From NCBI GenBank assembly GCA_964448845.1, contig CAYUXJ010000001.1, positions 19,938 through 83,937 on the forward strand: a stretch of 64,000 bases of DNA. The letters run 5' to 3'. The translations under genes were made by a program, and so were the position numbers. This document shows positions 36,790 through 46,703 of the stretch, piece by piece. Source of the DNA: an uncultured Sediminibacterium sp. (GTDB lineage: Bacteria; Bacteroidota; Bacteroidia; Chitinophagales; Chitinophagaceae). Position 1 is the stretch's first letter; each line of letters begins with the position of its first letter. The notes under the pieces are model-generated. The model searched no databases. It was not told the DNA's origin and worked only from the letters and a program-made list of their open reading frames with translations.

Positions 36790-39615
36790 ATGACAACACT
36801 CGCACAGGAATTAAGTAAATGGATAGCTCCCCGGTTGATTCGGGATGATCTCATAGATCGGCATGCCCATGCTGCCGATGCCGGCTTCTACTTTTTGTTG
36901 CCCCAATTGGTTGTATTTCCTGAAACAGAAGAGGATATCTGCCAATTGTTTTCTTTTTCTCATACACATAAAGTACCACTTACTTTTCGTGCTGCCGGTA
37001 CAAGTTTGAGTGGGCAATCGATTACAGATGGCATATTGGTTTGTATCGGAAGATCTTTTAAAAAAATTGAGCCGATTGAAAATGGTCGCTATGTACGTGT
37101 TGAACCCGGTGTGATTGGGGCACATGTAAATCATACCCTAAAGAAATACGGCACCAAGATTGGTCCCGATCCGGCTTCGATCGGTGCAGCCATGTTGGGG
37201 GGCATGCTTTCGAATAACAGCAGCGGCATGTGTTGTGGGGTGGCACACAATGCCTACCATACCCTGCAAAGCATGACCTTGATTCTTACGAATGGTCATC
37301 GCTACAATACTGCAGAGCAGGCAGACTATGCACGCTTTGAACTGCAAGAGCCCGCTATATTCAAGGGATTACTGGCATGCAGAAAGCGATTACTTGGAGA
37401 AACAAATTTGGTCGAGCTGATCAGAAAAAAATATCGCATTAAGAATACGGTGGGATATGGAATCAACGCCTTGTTGGATTATGAACATCCGCTCGATATT
37501 CTCAGCCGATTGATGATTGGTGCCGAGGGAACACTCGGATTTATTGCAGAAGCCGTTTTGCTGACACTACCTGATAAACCGGCGAAAAAAACCGGCTTAC
37601 TTTTCTTTGAAAATCCGGTAGCTGCAGCTACAGCGATACCAGCTCTTCAGTCCACCGGCCCAGAAGCATTAGAGTTTATGGACCGCGCGGCACTGCGATC
37701 GATTGAACACCTACCGGATTGTCCGCCAGCCATTGCCGGATTGCCCAATCAGGCCACTGCCATTTTGTGTGAATACCAGGCTACCGATACAGCTTCGCTG
37801 GAAAATCTTTTTACAGCTGCTACTGCGGTATTACAATCTTTACCCCTGTTGACGACACCGATATTTACTGAACAACCCGATGAGCAAGCTCAGTTATGGA
37901 AACTGCGGAAGGGTTTGTATCCGGCAGTGGCTGCCGTTCGCGCGAAAGGAACCACGGCACTCTTAGAAGATGTAGCAGTGCCAGTGGAGCGACTGGGTGA
38001 AGCGGTGATAGACCTGCAACAATTGTTTCAGCGTTTCGGATACCACAATGCCATCCTGTTTGGTCATGCTAAGGAAGGCAATCTGCATTTTCTCATCACC
38101 CAATCGGTGAATGATGCTGCATCGGTAGCTGTATTTGATGCTTTCAATAGAGAGCTGGCCAATATTATCGTACACAAATATGGTGGTTCACTGAAGGCCG
38201 AACATGGTACCGGCAGACAGATAGCACCTTTTGTGCGGGAAGAATGGGGAGAAGCTATCTACAGCTTTATGTGTGAAATCAAGACATTGTGTGACCCACA
38301 CGAATTATTGAATCCGGGCGTTGTAATCAATGCAGATCCAACCTGTCATCTGAAGCATTTAAAGACCAATCCGATTGTGGAAGAAGAAGTAGACAGGTGT
38401 GTTGAATGTGGCTATTGTGAAAATCGTTGCCCCTCCAAGAACTTTACCATGACCCCGCGACAACGCATACAAGTGCGGCGTGCATTGCAGCGTTTGGAAC
38501 ATTCAGGGGATCATGCAGCAGTGCGGGAGCTCAGTCATGCCTACCAGTTTTCCGGTATGGATACCTGTGCCGTCGATGGCATGTGCGCAGTCGATTGTCC
38601 GGTTACCATTAACACCGGCGACCTGATCAAGCGCTTACGCTATGAGCAGCAATCACCCATGGCGCGCCGCCTATCGTTGTGGCTCGCTAATCATTTCGGT
38701 TTGTTCGCCGGAATCGTACAATGGGTATTACGTTGTGGGCATTTGATCAATCGTGTTTTTGGCAAGCAAACCCTTTATAAAGCAACAACGCTGGTAAGAA
38801 AAGTCTTCGCTTCATTTCCCTTATATATGCGCCAGATGTCGAAACCTGTGACCATACGGTCGGTTGTTCCGGCGGAATATGATGTGGTTTATTTCCCCAC
38901 CTGCATCACCCAATGGATGGGTAGTGACACGAAGGAATCTAGCCATTCGGTGGATGTGTTGCAGCAATTGTGTGAGCGGGCAGGCATTCGTCTTTGTATT
39001 CCGGAGCAGGCGCAGGGAAATTGTTGCGGTCAATTGTTCTCCTCAAAAGGTCTGTATGATGCTTATCGCATAAAAATCAATGCCACCATCACCAAATGTT
39101 GGGAATGGAGTAAGGAGGGTAAAGTACCCATTGTGCTCGATGTAACTTCTTGCACACAATCCATTCGCCAGGCAAGACCCTATCTCGATACGGACAACCA
39201 GCGACGCTTTGACCAACTCAGGTTTATTGATTCCATTGAGCTGGCAGCTGATTGGTTATTACCCCGTTTACAGGTTACGCGCCCCAAGCAACACATTGCA
39301 TTACATCCTGTTTGCAGCGTACATAAACTCGGCCTACTGCCTCAGTTGAAAACGATTGCACAGAGTTGTTCAAAAGAATATACACTGCCATTTCATGCAT
39401 CGTGTTGTGGAATGGCCGGGGACCGAGGGTTTTATTATCCCGAACTAACTGCAGCTGCTACCAAGGCAGAACTGGCTGAATTATCAGCATCTACTTATGA
39501 TGGATGTTACTCCTCCGGTAAAACCTGTGAGATGGCACTTTCTGAGAACAGCGGATATGATTTTCGCTCCTTATTATACCTGATTCGTGATGTAACTGAA
39601 CCGCAGCCCCATTAA
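36790..39615 (+). CDS. Second FAD-binding + 4Fe-4S + CCG-domain fusion oxidoreductase (Dld-II-like D-lactate/2-hydroxyacid dehydrogenase)
   Basis: FRAAGTSLSGQ, GGMLSNNSSGM, CVECGYCENRCPS, CAVDGMCAVDCP, CCGQLF and CCGMAGDRGF; 941 aa. It has the same architecture as the upstream gene but a clearly diverged sequence. Confidence 0.8.
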   Translation: MTTLAQELSKWIAPRLIRDDLIDRHAHAADAGFYFLLPQLVVFPETEEDICQLFSFSHTHKVPLTFRAAGTSLSGQSITDGILVCIGRSFKKIEPIENGRYVRVEPGVIGAHVNHTLKKYGTKIGPDPASIGAAMLGGMLSNNSSGMCCGVAHNAYHTLQSMTLILTNGHRYNTAEQADYARFELQEPAIFKGLLACRKRLLGETNLVELIRKKYRIKNTVGYGINALLDYEHPLDILSRLMIGAEGTLGFIAEAVLLTLPDKPAKKTGLLFFENPVAAATAIPALQSTGPEALEFMDRAALRSIEHLPDCPPAIAGLPNQATAILCEYQATDTASLENLFTAATAVLQSLPLLTTPIFTEQPDEQAQLWKLRKGLYPAVAAVRAKGTTALLEDVAVPVERLGEAVIDLQQLFQRFGYHNAILFGHAKEGNLHFLITQSVNDAASVAVFDAFNRELANIIVHKYGGSLKAEHGTGRQIAPFVREEWGEAIYSFMCEIKTLCDPHELLNPGVVINADPTCHLKHLKTNPIVEEEVDRCVECGYCENRCPSKNFTMTPRQRIQVRRALQRLEHSGDHAAVRELSHAYQFSGMDTCAVDGMCAVDCPVTINTGDLIKRLRYEQQSPMARRLSLWLANHFGLFAGIVQWVLRCGHLINRVFGKQTLYKATTLVRKVFASFPLYMRQMSKPVTIRSVVPAEYDVVYFPTCITQWMGSDTKESSHSVDVLQQLCERAGIRLCIPEQAQGNCCGQLFSSKGLYDAYRIKINATITKCWEWSKEGKVPIVLDVTSCTQSIRQARPYLDTDNQRRFDQLRFIDSIELAADWLLPRLQVTRPKQHIALHPVCSVHKLGLLPQLKTIAQSCSKEYTLPFHASCCGMAGDRGFYYPELTAAATKAELAELSASTYDGCYSSGKTCEMALSENSGYDFRSLLYLIRDVTEPQPH

Positions 39616-40829
39616 TCCGGATAAATCAGATAGTTGGCCCGCTTTGCCCGATAGGCTTGCAATCCGGGTTCCCAGGTTCTCCTGATGGAATCCTCTGAAA
39701 TGCCCTGCCTTATCTGTTCTTTGAATTCGGCTACACCGGCCAGTTTATCAATGTTACCCATTTGATTACTTTGTTTGTAGTCGAAGAATTTTTCGGGCTC
39801 CGGATAGGCGCGGTACAACTCCATCATCCATTGCAGATTGATTCTTCCCGCTTGCATGATTTCCTTCGGATCGATCGTTCTTAGATCCAGTCCATAACAG
39901 GTTTGATTCATGTGCAGGGGAGTTTCTGCCATACCCTTGATGCCTGTGGGAGTAAAGGAGAAGCTATATTTCCCTTCCAGCTTCGGACTTCCCAAAATTG
40001 TAAAAGGGAAGTAAGTGCCACGACCTTGACTAATGATGGTGCCTTCAAATAAACAAAGAGAAGGATATAGAATGATCGATTGTTGTGTGTTCAGGTTGGG
40101 GGAAGGTCTTACCGGTAAAGTATACGGCATGGAATGACGGTAGTTGGCAACCGGTATCAGTTTAAAAGGACAAACAACACCGTTGGCGAGCCATCTTTCA
40201 CCATTCAGCATGGCAGCAAATTCACCAATGGTAAGACCATGGGTGATGGGAATGGGAAATTGTCCGATACCCGATTTAAACTTCATATCAAGTATGGGAC
40301 CATCAACGAAGTAGCCATTCGGATTGGGTCGGTCAAGAATCAATAATTCTTTTTTATTATCTGCACAGGCTTCCATCATCTTTGCCAGGGCATTGATATT
40401 GGTATAAAATCGACATCCTACATCCTGCAAATCATAGATCAGCACATCCACATCAGCCAGGTCTTCTTTTGATGGCTTCGATTTGCCGCCATAGAGAGAG
40501 ATCAATGGAATACCGGTGGCGGAATCAACTTCATCGGCTACTTTGGCACCGGCACTGGCATTGCCCCGAAACCCATGTTCCGGACCGAACACCTTCACTA
40601 TGTTAATGCCGCGTTTGCGTAAAGTATCAACGAGGTGAACATTTCCCACCACTGTGGTTTGGTTGGCCATCATAGCCACCCGCTTACCTTTCAGGTAGCC
40701 CAAGTACTTATTCATTTGCTCTGCTCCGGTTTGCAGTGAGCCATTGACGGTTGAAACCGGCTTTTGATTTACAGAGCAGGCAACTACTACCATGATGGAA
40801 AGGACTGCGGCAACATATTTTTGTTTCAT
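39612..40829 (-). CDS. DUF1343 family protein (NamZ-like exo-beta-N-acetylmuramidase)
   Basis: VFGPEHGFRGN and LIYDLQDVGCRFYT match DUF1343. Lipoprotein-type signal ...VVACS. Confidence 0.8.
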   Translation of the reverse strand: MKQKYVAAVLSIMVVVACSVNQKPVSTVNGSLQTGAEQMNKYLGYLKGKRVAMMANQTTVVGNVHLVDTLRKRGINIVKVFGPEHGFRGNASAGAKVADEVDSATGIPLISLYGGKSKPSKEDLADVDVLIYDLQDVGCRFYTNINALAKMMEACADNKKELLILDRPNPNGYFVDGPILDMKFKSGIGQFPIPITHGLTIGEFAAMLNGERWLANGVVCPFKLIPVANYRHSMPYTLPVRPSPNLNTQQSIILYPSLCLFEGTIISQGRGTYFPFTILGSPKLEGKYSFSFTPTGIKGMAETPLHMNQTCYGLDLRTIDPKEIMQAGRINLQWMMELYRAYPEPEKFFDYKQSNQMGNIDKLAGVAEFKEQIRQGISEDSIRRTWEPGLQAYRAKRANYLIYPD

Positions 40830-40897
40830 GCCATAAATTTATACTGCCAAGATACTTTAGTTTTTGTTTCCTTTCATAAACGAAGTATTTTACAGCT

Positions 40898-41404
40898 ATG
40901 CAAGAGGAGATTCAAGAACTGGTTAGCCAATTACAGTTGCAGCCGCATCCGGAAGGTGGTTATTATAGGGAGACCTATCGGTCACCGATTGCCATTCCCG
41001 TAACCGGAACTACTGAGGAAGAATCTGTTAGCCGTTCGCTCAGTACTGCCATTCTCTTCCTCATCACTTCAGGTAATTTTTCTGCCTTTCATCGCATCAA
41101 AAGTGATGAGTGCTGGCATTTTTATCGGGGCCGACCGCTGTGTATCCATCAGCTATCACCTGCGGGAGCATATAAACGTATTTTATTAGGTAACCTGGAG
41201 ACAAGCGAGCAGGTTTGTCAATATGTGGTTCCTGCCGGGTATTGGTTTGCTTCTGAAACCTTGGAACCGAATAGTTATGCGCTGGTTGGCTGTACGGTGG
41301 CTCCCGGATTTGATTTTACCGATTTTGAATTGGCTCATGGAGCAAAATTGTCAGAAGAATATCCAGCACAGGCGGCGCTGATCAAACGACTCACACGAAT
41401 CTAA
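40898..41404 (+). CDS. DUF985 cupin-fold protein
   Basis: LQPHPEGGYYRETYRS is the characteristic DUF985/cupin_5 N-terminal motif; 168 aa. Confidence 0.75.
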   Translation: MQEEIQELVSQLQLQPHPEGGYYRETYRSPIAIPVTGTTEEESVSRSLSTAILFLITSGNFSAFHRIKSDECWHFYRGRPLCIHQLSPAGAYKRILLGNLETSEQVCQYVVPAGYWFASETLEPNSYALVGCTVAPGFDFTDFELAHGAKLSEEYPAQAALIKRLTRI

Positions 41405-41764
41405 TTAGTGAGGAACTTTGCTGGCATGCAAAATGAAATAAGCACTTATTACCAATAACAATAGCAAGGCGACCGTCAGTATAATGGTCATCGGTTGGGT
41501 TGTTAGTTGACGCAACCTGCTTTTGCGTTTTTTGGCTGTCTTGCTGAGCACACGACTATTGATTTGTTGTTGCAGTGAACGTATCAGTTGCGGATCATGA
41601 ATATCGCGGAGTCCCTCCATGGCATCTTGCAGCATGGGAGCATCGGAAGCGAGTTCATCCCACTCGGCTCGTTCTGCTTCACTCGCATGACCCGATAGGA
41701 TGCGTTGCAACAAATCTTGTGTGGCTTCGCTGTTATTCCTTGTTGTATAGTGCGGCTCAGTCAT
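41405..41764 (-). CDS. Putative anti-sigma factor, tail-anchored with a single C-terminal TM helix
   Basis: Overlaps the upstream ECF sigma gene by 8 nt. A soluble acidic N-terminal part is followed by the basic stretch KKRKSRLRQ and one TM helix, leaving only about 8 residues outside. Confidence 0.45.
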   Translation of the reverse strand: MTEPHYTTRNNSEATQDLLQRILSGHASEAERAEWDELASDAPMLQDAMEGLRDIHDPQLIRSLQQQINSRVLSKTAKKRKSRLRQLTTQPMTIILTVALLLLLVISAYFILHASKVPH

Positions 41765-42371
41765 CGCTCAGGTTAATTTTATTTTCCATCTCAATCTTCA
41801 GGTTTCTTTTTCCATTTTGAATATAACTTTTCACCTGTAATAAAGAGTATCCGGTGGACTGTGTTATCTCAAAGTAACTTTTCTTTTGCAGGTAAAAAAG
41901 CTGGATGCAGGTCTTTTGTTCGGTATTTAGGGTAGTGATGGCTGTTTCCAGCAACTGCATCTGCAGTTCCTGATCAGATTTGTCTGTAAGTGAGGTTTCA
42001 GTAGATGAAATATTATCTGCTAATTCAGTGACAGTGATCTTCTTTTTGCGCAGGTACATGAGGCAATCGTTGCGGGTAACCTGATAGATCCAGGATTTAA
42101 AAAATTCCACCCGGTGGCGGGGAAGTTCAGTCATACATTTCATAAATACCTGTTGCACCATATCTCTTGCCAGTTCGGGATCTTTCAGATATTTCATGCT
42201 TACCCCCAATAACAACAAAGTATACCGGGGTAGTAAAATGCCCAGCCAGTAATTGTCGTATTGCTCATAGTATTTTTCGAGCAATAGCTCATCCGGGAGG
42301 TGTATATCGTCTTTACGGCTCAACAGGCAGCTTTTTCTTAAAGATAAGATGTGGTGATGGTTAAATTCCAT
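41757..42371 (-). CDS. RNA polymerase ECF-type sigma-70 family factor
   Basis: Region 2 (ARDMVQQVFMKCMTEL...FKSWIYQVTRNDCLMYLRKK) and a region 4 HTH (FYLQKKSYFEITQSTGYSLLQVKSYIQNGKRNL). Confidence 0.8.
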   Translation of the reverse strand: MEFNHHHILSLRKSCLLSRKDDIHLPDELLLEKYYEQYDNYWLGILLPRYTLLLLGVSMKYLKDPELARDMVQQVFMKCMTELPRHRVEFFKSWIYQVTRNDCLMYLRKKKITVTELADNISSTETSLTDKSDQELQMQLLETAITTLNTEQKTCIQLFYLQKKSYFEITQSTGYSLLQVKSYIQNGKRNLKIEMENKINLSDD

Positions 42372-42386
42372 AACTTTCTGCTAAAT

Positions 42387-43148
42387 ATGTTGATGGAACA
42401 ACGCATCTGTGCCGTACCTGTGGCACCTCTTCGTAGTGAACCCAACCACCGCAGTGAAATGGTATCACAGCTGCTGTTGGGTGAGGTAGTAACCTGTCAG
42501 GAAAATTCTGGTGATTTTGTTTTGATACGCAATCAATACGATGATTATACCGGCTGGTGTCAACGCAGTCAGGTGTTGGTGATAGAAGGCCTTCAGTTGG
42601 CGGGATCGGCGGAGCAGCTGGCAGCAGCATTTATTAATCCGGCTACCTGGAATGGAGTTCCGATGCAAGTGCCGCTGGGTGCGCCCGTAGGTAATCTGCT
42701 GCAATTGAATTTTCCCGGATTTACATACGAGGGAAAACTGCAGTCAGCAGGTGAGTTACCCTTTGATACAACAACTATTCTTTCAGTAATCGAACCCTAC
42801 CACCAGGTGCCTTATCTATGGGGAGGAAAATCGGTATTTGGGATTGACTGCAGTGGTTTTTGTCAGCAAGTGTATCGATTCTTTGGCAAGCGCATTCCTC
42901 GAGATGCTTCACTGCAGGCATTGGAGGGAGAAATGGTTGGTTTTTTAGAGGAAGCTCAATGTGGTGACCTAGCTTTTTTTGAAAGCGAAGAAGGAAAAAT
43001 CACCCATGTAGGTCTATTACTGAACAGTCGGGAGATCATGCACGCTTCCGGAAAAGTAAGGGTTGATGATATTGACCAATGGGGTATTATTAACCGCGAT
43101 ACCGGACACCGAACCCATACGCTCCGATTGATCAGGCGATATCAGTAA
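42387..43148 (+). CDS. NlpC/P60 (C40) peptidase with N-terminal SH3-like domain
   Basis: Catalytic Cys motif GIDCSGFCQQVYRFFG and downstream ITHVGLLL...IMHASG. The start is ambiguous among 42351, 42387 and 42393. Confidence 0.8.
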   Translation: MLMEQRICAVPVAPLRSEPNHRSEMVSQLLLGEVVTCQENSGDFVLIRNQYDDYTGWCQRSQVLVIEGLQLAGSAEQLAAAFINPATWNGVPMQVPLGAPVGNLLQLNFPGFTYEGKLQSAGELPFDTTTILSVIEPYHQVPYLWGGKSVFGIDCSGFCQQVYRFFGKRIPRDASLQALEGEMVGFLEEAQCGDLAFFESEEGKITHVGLLLNSREIMHASGKVRVDDIDQWGIINRDTGHRTHTLRLIRRYQ

Positions 43149-43164
43149 TAGGGTGTAGACCTAT

Positions 43165-43317
43165 TTAAAACAGACGGAGTCCTTTGGCAGAGTAGGTAAT
43201 CACACCTGGCAGCGCCAGCCAAAAGTACTGACGATAGAACATAAACAGTCCGATCAGAATAACAAACCAGATGGTAAAATAAACCCAGGATTTGGTTGTG
43301 CTCGCATTGCTTTCCAT
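43165..43317 (-). CDS. Small (50 aa) membrane protein
   Basis: MESNASTTKSWVYFTIWFVILIGLFMFYRQYFWLALPGVITYSAKGLRLF has two hydrophobic helices. The start was chosen because a TAtaTTTG box lies 16 nt upstream, inside the longer ORF. Confidence 0.4.
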   Translation of the reverse strand: MESNASTTKSWVYFTIWFVILIGLFMFYRQYFWLALPGVITYSAKGLRLF

Positions 43318-43332
43318 TCCGAAAAATTTTGG

Positions 43333-43340
43333 CAAATATA
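43333..43340 (-). promoter_or_regulatory. -7 box TAtaTTTG upstream of the small membrane ORF
   Basis: The + strand reads CAAATATA, 16 nt upstream of ATG 43317. Confidence 0.4.
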
Positions 43341-43549
43341 CTGTTATTTGATTAAAGCCAAAATCTATATAATTAGGTAATATTTTGATTTTTCTTCTGC
43401 CCCCGATCAATTTGGTATCCTAAAATCTGACAATTGTTTGCAAAACCAATCCCAGTATATTTCCGTCTACTATTTCATATATTTTTAACAGTTAGGATGC
43501 AGCAAATTTTGGGTGTTGCTATTCTAATGCATAGAAAAATCATTTCGTT

Positions 43550-44785
43550 ATGAGAATCAGCGCCTTTCGGATAATGGTAGTACTTTCTTTCATTGGTTCA
43601 ACCCAAATAGCCTGCCTTAAAGACAAGGTGACTGAGCGCTATACCATTTATCGACCTGTATACTCTACAAAAGCTGAAGTAAAAGGGGCTATTGGAAGTT
43701 CTCCGGCAATTCAAATCAGTAATCCCGGAAAAATCTTCGTTAAAGGGAATTATGTATTTCTGAATGAGATAGATCGTGGAATTCATGTGATAGATTTTTC
43801 CAATCCCGCAAATCCAAAGAACCTGGCATTTGTGAAAATCCCAGGTTGCGTTGATATGGCAGTTCGTGGGAATTTTTTATATGCAGACTTGTATACGGAT
43901 CTGATAACCCTCGACATAACAGATCCGCTCAATGTGAAGGTTCAGCAATACCAGGAGTCTGTTTTTCCGCATCGTATTTATTCTAATGGATTTATAGCTG
44001 ATACTGCCAAATTTATTACCAATTGGATACGTGTGGACACAGTAGTAAAAAGAGACGAACGCCCATTTGGGTTCCCCCTTTTTTTTGGTCCGATGTCTAT
44101 GAGTCGTAGTGCACCTGTTTCAAATGGGGTGGGTGGGTCGATGGCTCGTTTCGGATTACTGGAAGACAGATTGTATACGGTGAGTCATTCCGATTTGAAA
44201 GTATTCAATACATCCAATCCTGCCAATCCATCATTTATTAGAACCATTGAACTTAACAGGGGTGATATTGAAACTATTTTTCCTCATCAGCGTAATTTAT
44301 TCATTGGTGCAGCGGCTGGCATGCTCATATATAATGCTACTGATAAGGATAACCCAACTTATATGAGCACCTTCATCCATGCACGTGCATGCGATCCGGT
44401 TATCGCCGATCAGTCTTTTGCATATGTTACTCTGAGAAGTAACAATACCTGCTCTGGTTTTGCAAACCAATTAGATGTAGTAAATGTTTCTCAATTATTA
44501 TCGCCCCGACTTGTCCGAACCTATTTACTGACAGAACCTGCCGGTTTATCGAAAGATCAAAATTTGTTGTTTATCTGCGATGGAAATGATGGTCTGAAAA
44601 TATTTGATGCCACTCGCCCTGAGGAGCTCAAATTGCTCACAACCATTCCACTGAGTAAAACATACGATGTAATCACAATTAATGGCATTGCATTGACGGT
44701 TGCTGAGGATGGCATCTATTTCATAGATTATCGCAATCCTAGCCAGGCCTCTATAGCCGGAAAAATAACCATAGCGAAGATTTGA
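43550..44785 (+). CDS. LVIVD-repeat beta-propeller lipoprotein
   Basis: Lipobox ...STQIAC. Repeats of the type GNYVFLNEIDRGIHVIDFSNPANPKNL, GNFLYADLYTDLITLDITDPLNV, LKVFNTSNPANPSF, GLKIFDATRPEEL. Confidence 0.65.
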   Translation: MRISAFRIMVVLSFIGSTQIACLKDKVTERYTIYRPVYSTKAEVKGAIGSSPAIQISNPGKIFVKGNYVFLNEIDRGIHVIDFSNPANPKNLAFVKIPGCVDMAVRGNFLYADLYTDLITLDITDPLNVKVQQYQESVFPHRIYSNGFIADTAKFITNWIRVDTVVKRDERPFGFPLFFGPMSMSRSAPVSNGVGGSMARFGLLEDRLYTVSHSDLKVFNTSNPANPSFIRTIELNRGDIETIFPHQRNLFIGAAAGMLIYNATDKDNPTYMSTFIHARACDPVIADQSFAYVTLRSNNTCSGFANQLDVVNVSQLLSPRLVRTYLLTEPAGLSKDQNLLFICDGNDGLKIFDATRPEELKLLTTIPLSKTYDVITINGIALTVAEDGIYFIDYRNPSQASIAGKITIAKI

Positions 44786-44786
44786 T

Positions 44787-45380
44787 ATGTTCAGGAGATT
44801 TTTCATTACTTGTTGCTTATATCTGTTATTGTTGAGTGCAGAAGGTCAGAATAGTTTTCAGTGGAAGAAACTAAAATATGAATTCAGCACAACTTTTGCT
44901 GTTTCACAAATTCGCGCAGGGTTACGGTTTTCCGGCGCAGCCGGACATTGGTTGAATGATCGCCAAGCTTTGTATGTGGGAGCAGGTATCGATTTGTATA
45001 CTGCCCGGTCAATTCCATTGTATGTAGAATACAGGCAAAAGATTAACCAGCGACCCGGGTATTTTTTTTTATACGCCGGGGGAGGAGTAAATTTTACCAC
45101 ACCGAGCAGCTTCAATAGACAAAATGCAACCAGCATCAATGATGTTGAACCGGTACAATTCCATACTGGTTGGTATGCGCATTATGGGATAGGAAAATTT
45201 TTTATCAGAAGGCGCCGGAAAGACACGTTCGTACTGCTGGGAAACAGTATGAAGACCTATGGTACTTCAGTTTTGCAGCGAGTCCCTATAGGATCGGTCA
45301 TGACGAATGAAGTAAAATCAAGTAGATTCTTCTCAGGCAGATTGGATTTGACTATTATTACTCCGCTTTTTAACTATTGA
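44787..45380 (+). CDS. Exported hypothetical protein (small beta-barrel-like), translationally coupled to the LVIVD gene
   Basis: Starts 1 nt after the upstream stop. Signal peptide ...LLLSAEGQ. No family recognised. Confidence 0.5.
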   Translation: MFRRFFITCCLYLLLLSAEGQNSFQWKKLKYEFSTTFAVSQIRAGLRFSGAAGHWLNDRQALYVGAGIDLYTARSIPLYVEYRQKINQRPGYFFLYAGGGVNFTTPSSFNRQNATSINDVEPVQFHTGWYAHYGIGKFFIRRRRKDTFVLLGNSMKTYGTSVLQRVPIGSVMTNEVKSSRFFSGRLDLTIITPLFNY

Positions 45381-45391
45381 AACCAGCGTAG

Positions 45392-45949
45392 CTATTCTTC
45401 GGTAATGAATGTCTCTTGATAAAATGTAAGTGCTGTAGATATAATTTCTAATGCCTTGGCCTTATCTCCAAAATCTTCTACCAGCACCGATTTATTCTCT
45501 AACTTTTTGTATTCCTCAAAAAAATGGCGCAGCTCATCAAAAAAATGCTGGGGCAATTCTTCGATGTTGTTATAATGATTTACTCCCGGATCGTTCGCTG
45601 CCACCGCAATAATCTTGTCATCGGGCTCACCGCTATCAACCATCTGCATTACCCCAATTACTTTTGCTTCCATTAAGGTCAACGGTTGGACAGGTAAGGT
45701 GGTAATTACCAAAATATCCAATGGGTCTTTGTCTCCACCATAACTCTGGGGAATAAAACCATAATTAATGGGGTAGTAGAAAGAGGAATAAATCACGCGA
45801 TCAAGCTTGAGCAAACCTGATGCCTTATCTATCTCATATTTACAACGTGACCCCTGCGGGATTTCAATAATGGCATTCACCACACGCGGAGCGTGCGTTC
45901 CACTAGGAACGCCGTGCCAGGGATGAACTACATGGGATATCTTTTTCAT
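45392..45949 (-). CDS. ppa: Inorganic pyrophosphatase (family I)
   Basis: [26 protein letters not shown] and [11 protein letters not shown] motifs; 185 aa. Confidence 0.93.
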   Translation of the reverse strand: MKKISHVVHPWHGVPSGTHAPRVVNAIIEIPQGSRCKYEIDKASGLLKLDRVIYSSFYYPINYGFIPQSYGGDKDPLDILVITTLPVQPLTLMEAKVIGVMQMVDSGEPDDKIIAVAANDPGVNHYNNIEELPQHFFDELRHFFEEYKKLENKSVLVEDFGDKAKALEIISTALTFYQETFITEE

Positions 45950-45954
45950 ACATA

Positions 45955-46314
45955 CTATTTTGCAATATTATAACCAAGGGCTGCCATCAGTAGACCACCC
46001 AATACGGTGATCAAAGCGTAACCAGCGAAAATACCATATTTGCCTTCCTGTATTAATTGCAGGCTTTCCCAGGAAAGTGCCGACAGCGTGGTAAATCCAC
46101 CACAGAAACCTGCAACAAGAAAAATCCGCCAGTCTTCACCCATGAGCTGTCGTCCATATTTTGCCATGAGAAACCCGATCAGTAGCGATCCGGATAGGTT
46201 GACAACCAAAGTGCCATAAGGCAGTGCTGCTGACCGAAGCCACTGCCCAACGAGGTAGCGAAGCATGGAACCCAGCATACCTCCTAAGCCAACCAGTAAT
46301 ATAGGGGGAAGCAT
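45955..46314 (-). CDS. crcB: Fluoride ion channel CrcB/FEX
   Basis: 119 aa, 4 TM helices, with GxLGSxLRY and GFCGGFTT motifs. Confidence 0.9.
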   Translation of the reverse strand: MLPPILLVGLGGMLGSMLRYLVGQWLRSAALPYGTLVVNLSGSLLIGFLMAKYGRQLMGEDWRIFLVAGFCGGFTTLSALSWESLQLIQEGKYGIFAGYALITVLGGLLMAALGYNIAK

Positions 46315-46322
46315 AAAAAAGG

Positions 46323-46703
46323 TTATTGAGGTGAAATGATGAACCAGCGCTTATCTATTTGTTGCATATACAAAGTGTCTTTTTTTTCCGGTTCATAGGA
46401 AAGACTATAGACCAGACGGGCTGTTTGGTTATTGTTTTCTTCTAAGGCATGCACCTGAATAGAAGCAGAACGATGCAATTGTCTGCCCTCTCTGTCGAGC
46501 AGCCGAAAGGCCGTTTCATCCTCCCGCAATGAGCGTTGAAGCACACTATCCTGAGCGCAATACCTGGCAGCAGCCACAAAATCACCTTCTAAACTGGCTT
46601 GCAGGTAATTCCTTCCGGCATCAAGTGCAGTATCCGCACCGGGTGCTCCCGCAGGTTGCGATTGACAGGCAACAAGCAGTAGACTTAGCAAGAGATATTT
46701 CAT
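46323..46703 (-). CDS. Hypothetical lipoprotein
   Basis: Lipobox MKYLLLSLLLVAC; 126 aa. It is the first gene of an apparent lipoprotein-crcB-ppa operon with gaps of 8 and 5 nt. Confidence 0.55.
   Translation of the reverse strand: MKYLLLSLLLVACQSQPAGAPGADTALDAGRNYLQASLEGDFVAAARYCAQDSVLQRSLREDETAFRLLDREGRQLHRSASIQVHALEENNNQTARLVYSLSYEPEKKDTLYMQQIDKRWFIISPQ

Noticed and set aside
39612-39615. Convergent stop-codon overlap (TTAA) between the second oxidase gene and the DUF1343 gene
   Set aside because: The overlap is real but trivial. A shared TTAA at convergent gene ends is common and implies nothing beyond tight packing.
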